A stretch of DNA of 64,000 bases, taken from an uncultured Verrucomicrobiae bacterium (GTDB lineage Bacteria; Verrucomicrobiota; Verrucomicrobiia; Chthoniobacterales; Chthoniobacteraceae). The notes below the pieces were generated by a model. The model saw nothing but the letters and a program-made list of their open reading frames with translations. It did not search any database and was not told the DNA's origin. This document shows, piece after piece, positions 42,331 through 52,010 of this stretch. Within the stretch, counting starts at the first letter, position 1. Each line of letters starts with the position of its first letter. The position numbers were made by a program, and so were the translations under genes. The stretch spans positions 928,001 through 992,000 of the forward strand of contig CAVYKI010000003.1 in NCBI GenBank assembly GCA_963769025.1. The letters run 5' to 3'.

Positions 42331-43071
42331 CTATTCCCGGCGCCTGCGCCGCACGCCGGCCGCTGCCAGTGCCGCGAGGCACCACAAAGCGACCGTCGAG
42401 GGCTCGGGGACGGCAGCCACCGTCTGCAGTTGGACGGCTCCGATCGTCCGGAAATGCCAGCCCCATTGTAAATCGAAGTAAGCGCAGCGTTGCTCGCCAC
42501 GTAGCTGATCCCGCCAGATAGATGCCACCGAGCGAAGTCTTCGCGATCTCCGATATCCGGATCGTTGGCGCGGTCGCTCCATCGGTCGCCGGGAAAATCC
42601 AGTTCGCCGTAAAGGCTGGTCCTGTCGCGAATGGCTCGTAAAAAATCGCCTGCTCCGTGACGGTACTCAAGGCGGTGCTGACCGATGTGTTGTCCGTCGC
42701 CTTCAGTGACCCACATGTACATCTGCTGATTGCACGCGATAAAGGAGGGGTTGGCAACGATACGTTGAAGACGGAGGTGCCTGGAAGATACCTGCAAATC
42801 CGACCTGTACCAGTGCCGACTTGGGTCTGAGCCGAACTCACGAAACGGCGTGTTCAGCGCGCGACATTCGCCCCGTCGGCGAAGCAAGCACTGCAATCGA
42901 TGCGTCGGAAATGGGAAAATACCCGATCCGGATGTAGTTGCCGACTGCGCGAGGGCCGCCGTGGAGCTGTCCGCAAAACCGGTCGTCGACCCTGTGCACT
43001 CCAGTTGACTGTGGCACCGTGAGCGGCGACGCCGTGAAGACGCAGGCGGCGAGAAGGTGAGCTTCATTCAT
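42331..43071 (-). CDS. PEP-CTERM sorting-domain protein (heavily frameshifted)
   Basis: C-terminus AVPEPSTVALWCLAALAAAGVRRRRRE. N-terminal fragments include GNYIRIGYF. Confidence 0.8.
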
Positions 43072-43108
43072 GCAATGAAATCAGGGAGGAGTGGCGGAGC
43101 AGACGAGA

Positions 43109-44192
43109 CTAGAACGTGGCCGGATGTTGAGGAGCGACCCAATTGAATGGCGCGCCGTTTCGCTTGATGAAGAGGGCGGCACCCGACCGGGATGCGAAGT
43201 GGTGCTCGCGTCGACCCGCGATGTCCGAACTTCCTCCAGCCGTCCCCGGCAAGCCCGCCGCTCGTAGTAATAAGGTGCGGTAGCCGGCACGTCGCCGCAT
43301 TCCAGAGGAGCAATCTGATCGCCGGACGATGGATCCGTTGCCGCGTTTCACGCCAGTGCTCCGGGGAATCCCGGTATACAAACCGGAAGCTCGCAAGCGT
43401 CATTCCCGACGCGTACACATTGCCCAGCAAAGAGTAACCCGTGACGACTGGAATCGAAGTCTGGCCGGTTTTGACGGCGCCGCTGACGACAATGTTCACC
43501 GCCGCGCTCTGCTTGCGCTGAATGAGAAGGCCGTCATCCGGATAAATGACCGTATTGCTCTGATCGCCTGACGGTGCCGAACTCCTCCAGCCCGATCCCC
43601 GCAAAATCCGCCGGTCGAGTAGTAGTAGGTGAGAACCCGCCAGTCCGGAGAGCTGAATCTGATCCGGCGGAGGACGACCGGAGCCCGCCGCTGAGTCCGT
43701 TTTGATTCGTGGCGCCGAAGACGCCGGCGATCGTCCAGTGCGGGCGAATCTTGTAGGTGGCGTTAGCCGGTGCTGGTGCCCGAGGAGCGGACCGCCGAGG
43801 GTCAGCGTACTTGGCGTGCAGCGTTGGTGGCAAGGATGTCGTAGGTCGTCCCAGCCGCCGGCCCCGAAGTGATCTCGACGAAATGCGTGGGGGCCGCCCC
43901 CACGGTGGTGCTGTTATACAGGTTGTCGGTCCAGGTCGCGTTCGGGTCCGCGAGCGTGGTGGAACCCCCGGCGGACGTTGTCGTCGATTGAAACGCGACT
44001 GCTTTCATCAATCCGAGCGTCGCGAAGGTGTACTTCGGCGCGGACGCTGTGCCGCCGCCGGCGATGGACATCGTCAGGAAACCCACGGGTTCCGTGACGG
44101 CGGTGGTCTGGGCTTGCGCGCACGGTGAGCGTGAGGGCGGCGATCGCCACGACGGCAGCAAGAGGCCGGATGAGGGATGCGTTCATTTTCAT
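43109..44192 (-). CDS. TIGR02597-like verrucomicrobial surface protein (heavily frameshifted)
   Basis: Signal peptide, then TEPVGF, HFVEITSG, YKIRPHWTI..VFG, IYPDDGLLI and a C-terminal FNWVAPQHP. Confidence 0.65.
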
Positions 44193-44351
44193 CGGATGGT
44201 GTGGTTCTGGTTCTGGAAGTTCAGAAATGCGAGGGGGCGGATTTCAGATGATTTCCGCCTCGCATCTCTAGTCGAATTGCGGACGGGCACAACATTTTTA
44301 TCGTCCGCTTTCCGTAAAGTTTCGTCCAGACGCGGAGGGTGCGGTCCCTCG

Positions 44352-44507
44352 GTAGGGACGGCTCGCCGAGCCGTCCCACGAATCCGGGCGCGTTCAGCCG
44401 CGTCAGGACTCGTCCGAGGCGCGTTCGGAAGGGCGGCGGGGCGGGACCCGTCCGAGAGGGCGGAGTGCGGGCGGGGAGATGGGGCGCGTTCGGCGAACGC
44501 GCCCTAC
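44352..44507. repeat. Convergent pair of GTAG-type REP palindromes
   Basis: gtagggacggctcgccgagccgtccc (44352-44377) and gggcgcgttcggcgaacgcgccctac (44482-44507). Confidence 0.8.
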
Positions 44508-44544
44508 CTTGACCATCGCGGGCGGGTCTGCTTTTGTCTGCGGC

Positions 44545-44592
44545 GTGATTTTCCTGCTGACCAGCCGACTTACGCTGCTCCCCGGCAACTGA
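44545..44592 (+). CDS. Putative leucine-rich leader peptide of leuA (MIFLLTSRLTLLPGN)
   Basis: GTG ATT TTC CTG CTG ACC AGC CGA CTT ACG CTG CTC CCC GGC AAC TGA. Five of 15 codons are Leu, and the ORF overlaps the 5' arm of a hairpin. Confidence 0.7.
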   Translation: MIFLLTSRLTLLPGN

Positions 44593-44746
44593 CCGGTGCC
44601 CCGGTATCCGGTGGCACCCTGCCGGGGAGCTGTTTGCTTGCGCGCAATCCGCGCGATTTGCGTAATCGGCTGGCGCTTCTTCCCGGGCGGCGGGAGTGGC
44701 CGGCTGCTCGACCTGCCCGCCGCCCATTTTCAAAAATCACACACCC

Positions 44747-46417
44747 ATGCTCCCAAATCCTTCCTCCAAATACCGCGCGCATCCGCCGGTGCAGCTGCCC
44801 GGCCGGCAGTGGCCTTCGCGCACGCTGACGAAGCCGCCCATCTGGTGCTCCGTGGATCTCCGCGACGGCAACCAGGCGCTGGCCGTGCCGATGAATGTGG
44901 CGCAGAAGCTGGAGCTCTTCCAGGCGCTGGTGCGGTGCGGCTTCAAGGAAATCGAGATCGGTTTCCCGGCGGCGTCGAACACGGAGTTCGCGTTCAACCG
45001 GACGCTGATCGAGGAGGGCCGCATCCCGGAGGACGTGACGGTGCAGGTGCTCGTGCAGGCGCGCGAGGATCTGATCGAGCGGACCGTGGAGTCGCTCATC
45101 GGCGCGAAGAAGGTGATCATCCACCTCTACAACAGCACGTCGCCCGCGCAGCGGCGCGTGGTGTTCGGCAAGACGAAGGACGAGGTGCGCGAGATCGCCG
45201 TGCGCGGCGCGCAGTGGATCCGCGACCGGCTGCCGCGACTGGAAAAGGGCGGCACGGACGTGCGGCTGCAGTATTCGCCCGAGAGCTTCAGCGCGACGGA
45301 GGTGGAATTTGCGAAGGAAATCTCCGAGGCCGTGATGGACGTGTGGCAGCCGACGCCGCAGCGCCCGATGATCCTGAACCTGCCCGACACCGTGGAGGTC
45401 GCGATGCCGAACGTGTACGCCGACCAGATCGAGTGGATGTGCACGAACATCCGCAACCGGGATTCGCTGATCGTGTCGCTGCACACGCACAACGACCGCG
45501 GCACCGGAATCGCCGCGACGGAACTCGGCCTGCTCGCCGGCGCGGACCGCGTCGAGGGCACGCTTTTCGGAAATGGCGAGCGCACGGGCAACCTGGACAT
45601 CGTCGCCGTGGCGATGAACTGCTACATGCACGGCATCGCGCCGGGGCTGGATTTCTCCGACCTGAACGCGCTGATCGAAATCTACGAGCGCTGCACCGGC
45701 ATGACCGTTCCCGCGCGGCATCCGTACTCGGGCGAGCTGGTCTTCACGGCGTTCAGCGGGTCGCACCAGGATGCGATCAAGAAGGGACTCGCCGAGTGGG
45801 AAAAGCACCGTCGCGGCGAGCATTGGGACGTGCCGTATCTCACGATCGATCCGGCGGATGTCGGCCGCGAATACCGCGAGGTGATCCGCGTGAATTCGCA
45901 GAGCGGAAAAGGCGGCGTGGCGTACTTGCTGGAGAGCGAATTTGGCATCGAGCTGCCGAAGGACATGCAGCGCGAATTCGGCCCGCTGGCGAACGACGAG
46001 GTGGACCGGCTCGGCCGCGAAGTGAGCGCCACGGAGCTGAAGGGGATGTTCTGGCGCGAATACATCGAGCGCACGAAGCCGTGGGAGCTGATCCATTTCC
46101 ACGCGGACGGAGTCGATGGCGTCTTTTCCTGCCGCGCCTCCGCGCGCCGCGCCGCCGCCGAAGTGCAGCTCACCGGCGAGGGCAACGGCCCCATCGCCGC
46201 ATTCGTCCACGCGCTCAACGCCGCGGGCGTGCCGAAGTTCGAGGTCGCAAGCTACCGCGAGCAGTCGCTGAGCTCCGGCACCGAGGCGAGCGCGCTGGCC
46301 TTCATCCAGATCCAGCTCGCCGACGGCCGCACCAAATGGGGCGCCGGCGTGGACACGAACGTGGAGCTGGCCGCCATCAAAGCCGTGCTCAGCGCGGTCA
46401 ATCGTGCTACCGCATAG
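44747..46417 (+). CDS. leuA: 2-isopropylmalate synthase
   Basis: WCSVDLRDGNQAL, YSPESF, LHTHNDRG, GNGERTGN, FSGSHQDAI and IRVNSQSGKGG. Confidence 0.96.
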   Translation: MLPNPSSKYRAHPPVQLPGRQWPSRTLTKPPIWCSVDLRDGNQALAVPMNVAQKLELFQALVRCGFKEIEIGFPAASNTEFAFNRTLIEEGRIPEDVTVQVLVQAREDLIERTVESLIGAKKVIIHLYNSTSPAQRRVVFGKTKDEVREIAVRGAQWIRDRLPRLEKGGTDVRLQYSPESFSATEVEFAKEISEAVMDVWQPTPQRPMILNLPDTVEVAMPNVYADQIEWMCTNIRNRDSLIVSLHTHNDRGTGIAATELGLLAGADRVEGTLFGNGERTGNLDIVAVAMNCYMHGIAPGLDFSDLNALIEIYERCTGMTVPARHPYSGELVFTAFSGSHQDAIKKGLAEWEKHRRGEHWDVPYLTIDPADVGREYREVIRVNSQSGKGGVAYLLESEFGIELPKDMQREFGPLANDEVDRLGREVSATELKGMFWREYIERTKPWELIHFHADGVDGVFSCRASARRAAAEVQLTGEGNGPIAAFVHALNAAGVPKFEVASYREQSLSSGTEASALAFIQIQLADGRTKWGAGVDTNVELAAIKAVLSAVNRATA

Positions 46418-46419
46418 CC

Positions 46420-47805
46420 ATGTCCGCGCTCGCCCAAAAGCTCGCCCGCATCGCTGAACTGCGCAGCGAGATCGACGCGATCCGTCCGCTCTCGCGCGAG
46501 ATCGAGGAGCGCGTCATGCAAAAATTCCGCCTCTGGTGGACGTATCACTCGAACGCCCTCGAAGGAAACGCCCTCACGCTCGGAGAGACCGAGACATTCC
46601 TGATGGAGGGCCTCACCGCGAAAGGCAAACCGCTCAAGGATCACCTCGACATCCGCGGCCATCACGCCGCGATCGACTACCTGCTGGAGTTCATCCGCCA
46701 AAAGGAAACGCTCACCGAGGCCATCATCCGGGAGCTGCACAAAATCATCCTCGTCGAGGATCATTACGTCGAGGCGGAGAACGCCGACGGGCAGCCCGTG
46801 CGGAAACTGATCCGCGTCGGCGAATACAAGACCGAGCCGAATGCGCGCAGGACGACGACGGGCGAGCGGAAATTCTACGCGAATCCGACGGAGACGCCCG
46901 CGCGTATGCGCGACCTGATCGCCGGGTATCGCGAGGACTGCGATCGCGATGAAAAACACATCGTCGAGATTGCCGCACGCTTCCATCACGAGTTCACCGC
47001 AATCCATCCATTCGACGACGGCAACGGCCGCATGACGCGGCTGCTCACCAATCTCATCCTCATGCAGGCGGGGTTCCCGCCGGTCGTCATCCGCACGCAG
47101 GAGCGCAGCGCTTACATCTTCGCCCTCTCAAAAGGCGATCAGGGCGAACTCGAAGACATCACGGTCTTCATCGCAGACCATCTCATCGAAGCGATGGAAC
47201 TCTACCTGCGCGGCGCGCGCGGTGAGGAGATTTCCGAGCCGACGGATGTGGACAAGGAGATCGCGATTTTGAAACGCGAGATGCAGCATATCGAAGCGGC
47301 GAGCCCGCGCGATGCGACCAACACAAGACGCATCGTTTCAATGCAGGTGATTCCAGCTTGGGAACGAATTGGTCCTAGGCTCGCGAGCCTTGGCGAGTTG
47401 TTCGCGAATGCAAAAGTGAACGTAACCGTTTCGTGGGGGAAAATCGGGCGCTCATCGAGTCACGAGATCCAGAAAAATCTGCCGGGACTGATTTCCGTTT
47501 CCGAAATCGAGGGCAATATGACATCCGACACTTGGTTTCAGCAGATTCAGTTTAACGTGGTGCTTCACGGTTTTACTCGCTCAGGCACCCGCCCATTTGA
47601 TGTTCAAGCGCAATTCACCTGGTTGTTCGCCGAACTGAAATACTCGCTCATGCTCAATGTGAGCCTCCAAGGCCGGCCGACAGAACTTGAGCGCATCTAC
47701 AATGAGGATATTCCGAGCGATGTGTTGTCGAAAGCGATGGATGCTTTCTGTTTCTACTTCGTTGAAGAAGTGAGGAAGCAGACCAACGGAAAGATTCAGC
47801 GCTAA
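46420..47805 (+). CDS. Fic-domain protein with a C-terminal extension
   Basis: Catalytic loop HPFDDGNGRMTR and N-terminal inhibitory motif SNALEGN. Confidence 0.93.
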   Translation: MSALAQKLARIAELRSEIDAIRPLSREIEERVMQKFRLWWTYHSNALEGNALTLGETETFLMEGLTAKGKPLKDHLDIRGHHAAIDYLLEFIRQKETLTEAIIRELHKIILVEDHYVEAENADGQPVRKLIRVGEYKTEPNARRTTTGERKFYANPTETPARMRDLIAGYREDCDRDEKHIVEIAARFHHEFTAIHPFDDGNGRMTRLLTNLILMQAGFPPVVIRTQERSAYIFALSKGDQGELEDITVFIADHLIEAMELYLRGARGEEISEPTDVDKEIAILKREMQHIEAASPRDATNTRRIVSMQVIPAWERIGPRLASLGELFANAKVNVTVSWGKIGRSSSHEIQKNLPGLISVSEIEGNMTSDTWFQQIQFNVVLHGFTRSGTRPFDVQAQFTWLFAELKYSLMLNVSLQGRPTELERIYNEDIPSDVLSKAMDAFCFYFVEEVRKQTNGKIQR

Positions 47806-47843
47806 ATCGCACGGACCGGGCCGACAGATTGTCGGCCCCACGT

Positions 47844-49079
47844 TCAAGCCGCGGTGAACTTCGCGCAAAACGCGCCGTCCACGGCGTCGATCCACGGGCG
47901 GACGTGGCGCGTGGTTTCGAGGCGCAGGGCGGGGATCGTGCGGGCGGCTTCTTCGGCGACGTGCTCGTTTTCCTCGGGCTCGAGGGAGCAGGTGGAATAG
48001 ACGAGCGTGCCGCCGGGCTTCAGCAGGCCGGCGCAGCGACGCAGGAGGGCGAGCTGTTGCGCGGGCATGCGGAGGAAATCCTCCTCGCTCAGCCGCCAGC
48101 GGACGTCGAGGCGGCGGCGGATGACGCCGGTGTTGCTGCACGGCGCATCGACGAGGATGCGGTCGAAGCTGCGCGGCGCGAGCTCGGGGGATTCCTTCAT
48201 CGTGTCGAGGACGAGCGCGCGGACGTTCTGCACGCCGAGCCGCGCGCAGTTTTCGCGGAGGCGCACGACGCGGCTTTCCCACAGGTCGCATGCGGTGATG
48301 CGGCCTTCGTTGCGCATGAGCGCGGCGAGATAGGTCGTCTTGCCGCCGGGTGCGGCGCAGGCGTCGAGGATGGTTTCGCCGGGCTGCGGATCGAGCATGT
48401 CGCAGGCGGCGAGCGTGCTCGGATCCTGCACGTAGCAGAGGCCGCGTTCGAGCCAGTCCGCGGGGATGCGCGGGGCGCTGAGCGCGAGCGGGTGGAAAGG
48501 GTGCGGCTCGGCGCCGGGCAACGCGGCGAGGAGTTCGTCGCGCGTGGTCTTGAGCGTGTTCGCGCGGAGGAGGACGGGCGCGGGGGTGTTGTTCCAGTCG
48601 GCCAGCGCACGCGCGGCGTCGGGGCCGAAATTGGCGGTCCATTTTTCCAACAGGAACTCAGGATGGCTCGTCCGCACATCGAGCGGCGCGCCGGCGAGCG
48701 CGGCGTCCAGCGCGGGGCGTTCGCGGCCGGCGCGGCGGAGGATGGCGTTGACGAGTCCGCCGGCGCGGCGCGAGAGCGAGACGGTCTCCTTCACGATCGC
48801 GAATGCGGGCATGCGCGTGTGGAAAAGCTGGTAGAGGCCGAGGCGGAGGACGGCGCGGGTGTCGTCGTCCACCTCGCCGTCGCGCAGGCGGGCGATGAGG
48901 AAGTCGAGTTCGGTCAGGCGGCGGAGGACGCCGTAGAAAAGTTCGGTGACGAGCGAGCGGTCGCGGTCGTCGAGCTTCGACGCGGCGAGACGCTCATGCA
49001 GGAGGTCGTCGGCGTGCGGGCGCGTGCGCTCCCAGTCGGTGAGCAGCCGGTGTGCGGTGGAACGGGCGCTGGCTGCCAC
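47844..49079 (-). CDS. rsmB: 16S rRNA m5C967 methyltransferase
   Basis: NusB-like N-terminus, VQD, DACAAPGGKT, DAPCSNTG and YSTCS..PEENE. Confidence 0.93.
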   Translation of the reverse strand: MAASARSTAHRLLTDWERTRPHADDLLHERLAASKLDDRDRSLVTELFYGVLRRLTELDFLIARLRDGEVDDDTRAVLRLGLYQLFHTRMPAFAIVKETVSLSRRAGGLVNAILRRAGRERPALDAALAGAPLDVRTSHPEFLLEKWTANFGPDAARALADWNNTPAPVLLRANTLKTTRDELLAALPGAEPHPFHPLALSAPRIPADWLERGLCYVQDPSTLAACDMLDPQPGETILDACAAPGGKTTYLAALMRNEGRITACDLWESRVVRLRENCARLGVQNVRALVLDTMKESPELAPRSFDRILVDAPCSNTGVIRRRLDVRWRLSEEDFLRMPAQQLALLRRCAGLLKPGGTLVYSTCSLEPEENEHVAEEAARTIPALRLETTRHVRPWIDAVDGAFCAKFTAA

Positions 49080-49094
49080 GGTCTTGCCGGCGGC

Positions 49095-49634
49095 CTAGCT
49101 CCCTACCTGCCTTTTCAGGCCGGCGACCATGGCGCGCACATGGGGATACTTCTGGCGGGGGATCAGCACTGCGAGGCTGACCGGGTAGCTGCCGAGCTGG
49201 AGAATTTCGATTTGCACGTAGCGGACGCCCCATCGGTTCATCTCGGCGCGGGTTTTCTTGTAGAGATCGATGGTGTAGCGGCCCACGAGCGCGCTGCCGT
49301 AGTCCTCGATGGTGTAAACATCACCCGTCGCGACGATGCGGAAGCGGGTGCCCGCCGGCAGCCAGCTCCAGTCGGCGGCGGCGCTGTGGACGGGCTTCAG
49401 GTAGCCGCCGATGGCGGTCACGCGTCCGCCGGGCTCGCTGTGGTGGTAGGCGGTCGTGCGCACATACATGAAGCGCGTTGCCTTCTTGGTGATGGCCCGA
49501 TCCGGCTTCGTGGCCAGGCCGCCGTCGCTGCCACGGGACACGGGGGTCTTGGCAGGCGGCTTCGCGCTGGTGCACGCCGTGAGGACGGCTGCACTGAGCA
49601 GGATGAGGCAACGGATGAGGAGCAGGAATCGCAT
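49095..49634 (-). CDS. 3D-domain lipoprotein
   Basis: Lipobox LTAC, RTTAY, AAADWS, IEDYG and TIDLY. Confidence 0.85.
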   Translation of the reverse strand: MRFLLLIRCLILLSAAVLTACTSAKPPAKTPVSRGSDGGLATKPDRAITKKATRFMYVRTTAYHHSEPGGRVTAIGGYLKPVHSAAADWSWLPAGTRFRIVATGDVYTIEDYGSALVGRYTIDLYKKTRAEMNRWGVRYVQIEILQLGSYPVSLAVLIPRQKYPHVRAMVAGLKRQVGS

Positions 49635-49717
49635 CGAAGGGCCTGCTCTGTAACGAAAGAATCGTGCCGAGGGAACAGAAAAGGCAGCCTTGGAGATTCA
49701 GGGACCGCTCGTCGTAC

Positions 49718-50230
49718 CTACCGGAGAAAACGCCCGAGATTTTCCTGCTCCCACTCGATCGAGCGGCGGTAGTGGCGGAAGCGGCGTTCCTTTTCCAGAA
49801 AGCCCTCATGATGCACGATGCGGCGGCCCGCGCTGTCGTGGCGGTCGGGTACAAAGGCGTGGAGCATCTCGTGAAAGACGACGTATTCGAGATACCACTG
49901 CGGCACGAATTGCCGGTCGAGCAGCGGGTGGATGCGGATGGCGCGGTCCTCCTCCTGGATGCTGCCGAAGACGATGTAGCTCTTCGGGCGCTCGCGGCGG
50001 CGGCGGCCCCAGACGATGGAGTAGCCGCGGAGCCGGTTGCGAAAGTAGCGCGCGTTGATCTTGTCGAAGATGGCGCGGAGATCGAAATAGCGGCCTTCAC
50101 CGGGGAACTCGAACTGGCGCTGGAGCGGCGTCCGGACGGTGGCCAGATGGCGCTTGCTCACCCGCTTTCGCGCCCCGGCCTTCGTGACTGGGCGGGAGGT
50201 GGACTTGCGCTGTGGTTTTCGCTTGCTCAT
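49718..50230 (-). CDS. SprT-like zinc metalloprotease domain protein
   Basis: FDKINARYF, YVVFHEMLH and a downstream His. Confidence 0.8.
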   Translation of the reverse strand: MSKRKPQRKSTSRPVTKAGARKRVSKRHLATVRTPLQRQFEFPGEGRYFDLRAIFDKINARYFRNRLRGYSIVWGRRRRERPKSYIVFGSIQEEDRAIRIHPLLDRQFVPQWYLEYVVFHEMLHAFVPDRHDSAGRRIVHHEGFLEKERRFRHYRRSIEWEQENLGRFLR

Positions 50231-50289
50231 GGCCGGGTTGTTGGCGTTGGACAACGAAACGTGAGGAACGTTCACCCGGTTCACAAGAG

Positions 50290-51339
50290 TTACGTGCCGG
50301 GCGGAATTGATTGTCCGGACTCGCCCAAAAGCTGCTCCAGCCGGGCGACACGGGCACGGAGCTTGTGGAGGCTGTGTATCTGCGCGACATGCTCCTTCCA
50401 GTCCCGTGCAGGGACGGCCGGGCTACCCATATACATTTGTTTTGCTGGCAATGACTTGCTGACTCCAGACTGCGCGCCGACGATCACGCTATCACCGATT
50501 TCGACGTGTCCGACAGTGCCAACCTGACCCGCCAATGTCACGTAGTTCCCCAGCTTCGTGCTCCCAGAGACGCCGGTGAGCGCACAGAGGATACAGTGCT
50601 TCCCAATGACCACATTATGAGCGATTTGAACCAGATTATCGACCTTGGTTCCCTCGCCGATCCATGTCCGGCCAAACCGTGCCCGATCCACGCTCGAATT
50701 GGCTCCGATTTCCACTTCGTCATCGATCTGGACGATGCCGATCTGGGGAATTTTGACGTGGCGACCGCCCTGAAATTCGTAGCCAAACCCGTCGCCACCG
50801 AGCACCACGCCGCTGTGGAGGATGACCCGGTTGCCGATTTTGCAGCGAAATCCAACGGTCACGTGCGGGTAGATGTGGCAATCGCTGCCGATCTGCGCCG
50901 CATGCCCGACATAGCTGTGCGCGCCGATGATCGTCCCCGAGCCGATGGTTGCCCCTTCCTCGATGACGGCATAGGGCTGGATGCTCACGTCCGCGCCGAG
51001 CTGCACGCCGGGGGCGACGATGGCCGTCGGGTGGACGCCCGGCGGGAAGCGCACCGGCGGCGGCGCAAATCGCTCGACGACCTTGGAAAATGCGAGCGTC
51101 GGGTTTTCGCAGAGGATGCGCAGTGCGGGCACCTCTTCGGTGAACGCTACGGGGACGAGCGCGGCAGTCGCCTTGGATGCACGGAGCTGCGGGAGGTACT
51201 TGGGATTGCCGAAGAAGGTCACCTCCCCCGGCAAAGCCTCGGCCAGCGCGGCGGCACCGGAGATCTTCGCGGAACCATCGGCCCCGGACGCAAGCTGGCC
51301 GCCAACGAGGGCGGCCAGCTCCGAAACGGTCATATCCAC
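50290..51339 (-). CDS. lpxD: UDP-3-O-acyl-glucosamine N-acyltransferase
   Basis: GVHPTAIV, GGDGFGY, KIPQIG and TKVDNLVQIAHNV. Confidence 0.95.
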   Translation of the reverse strand: MDMTVSELAALVGGQLASGADGSAKISGAAALAEALPGEVTFFGNPKYLPQLRASKATAALVPVAFTEEVPALRILCENPTLAFSKVVERFAPPPVRFPPGVHPTAIVAPGVQLGADVSIQPYAVIEEGATIGSGTIIGAHSYVGHAAQIGSDCHIYPHVTVGFRCKIGNRVILHSGVVLGGDGFGYEFQGGRHVKIPQIGIVQIDDEVEIGANSSVDRARFGRTWIGEGTKVDNLVQIAHNVVIGKHCILCALTGVSGSTKLGNYVTLAGQVGTVGHVEIGDSVIVGAQSGVSKSLPAKQMYMGSPAVPARDWKEHVAQIHSLHKLRARVARLEQLLGESGQSIPPGT

Positions 51340-51347
51340 GGCGTGGA

Positions 51348-51971
51348 CTACTTCTTGCCCTTCGGGTCCGCGGGCTTCTCGGCGGGGGCGGAGCTCTTCG
51401 GACGGTCGGCGTTGAGTTTGTCGATGATCTCCTTGGTGAAATCGTAGCTCTCCTTTGCGTAGAGGATCACCGGGACGTTGTTGATGCTGTTGCCCGAGGT
51501 GTCGAAGACCAGGTCGTAACCGATGGACTTCACCTTTTCGTCCACGACCTTGCGGATTTCGTCCACGATGCCGTTGCGGATGCGAAGGGTCTGATCGGCG
51601 AGCTGTTTCTCCTTCTCCATCTGGTAGGCTTGGAGTTCGCGCATCATGTTCTGCCATTCGGCGATCTTGTCGTCACGCTCCTTGGTCTTGCCCATCGCCC
51701 TCTCCTTGCTGAGTTCGGGCTTTTTGATCTCGTCGTTGAGCTTTTCGATGCTGTCCTGGAGTTCCTTGCGCTTCTCGTTGCGTTCATCGAGGTCGCGCTT
51801 CAGGACGGCTCGGGTTTCGCTCATCTTGGTTTCGGCTTCCTTGGTGCGCCAGTAGGACTCGAAGACTTTCTTCATGTCCACGGAACCGAGTTTGAGCTCG
51901 GCCCGCGCGGTGCCCGCAAAAGCGAGCGAGAGGACCAGGGAGAGGATGGGGATGATCAGGTGTTTTTTCAT
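51348..51971 (-). CDS. skp: OmpH/Skp periplasmic chaperone
   Basis: Signal peptide, KLGSVDM, coiled coil, GYDLVFD and DFTKEII. Lies between bamA and lpxD. Confidence 0.9.
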   Translation of the reverse strand: MKKHLIIPILSLVLSLAFAGTARAELKLGSVDMKKVFESYWRTKEAETKMSETRAVLKRDLDERNEKRKELQDSIEKLNDEIKKPELSKERAMGKTKERDDKIAEWQNMMRELQAYQMEKEKQLADQTLRIRNGIVDEIRKVVDEKVKSIGYDLVFDTSGNSINNVPVILYAKESYDFTKEIIDKLNADRPKSSAPAEKPADPKGKK

Positions 51972-52010
51972 GTGCAAAGGCGTGTATTGACCCGCAAGGC
52001 GCGGGTCCGT

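Noticed and set aside
41681..42841. 386-aa ORF joining a secreted-protein fragment, the antitoxin and the ParE toxin
   Set aside because: It is a chance read-through created by indels. The three genes have separate starts and a terminator lies between them.
44596..47805. 1069-aa ORF ending in a Fic domain
   Set aside because: The first 600 or so residues are an off-frame shadow of leuA. The Fic gene starts at ATG 46420.
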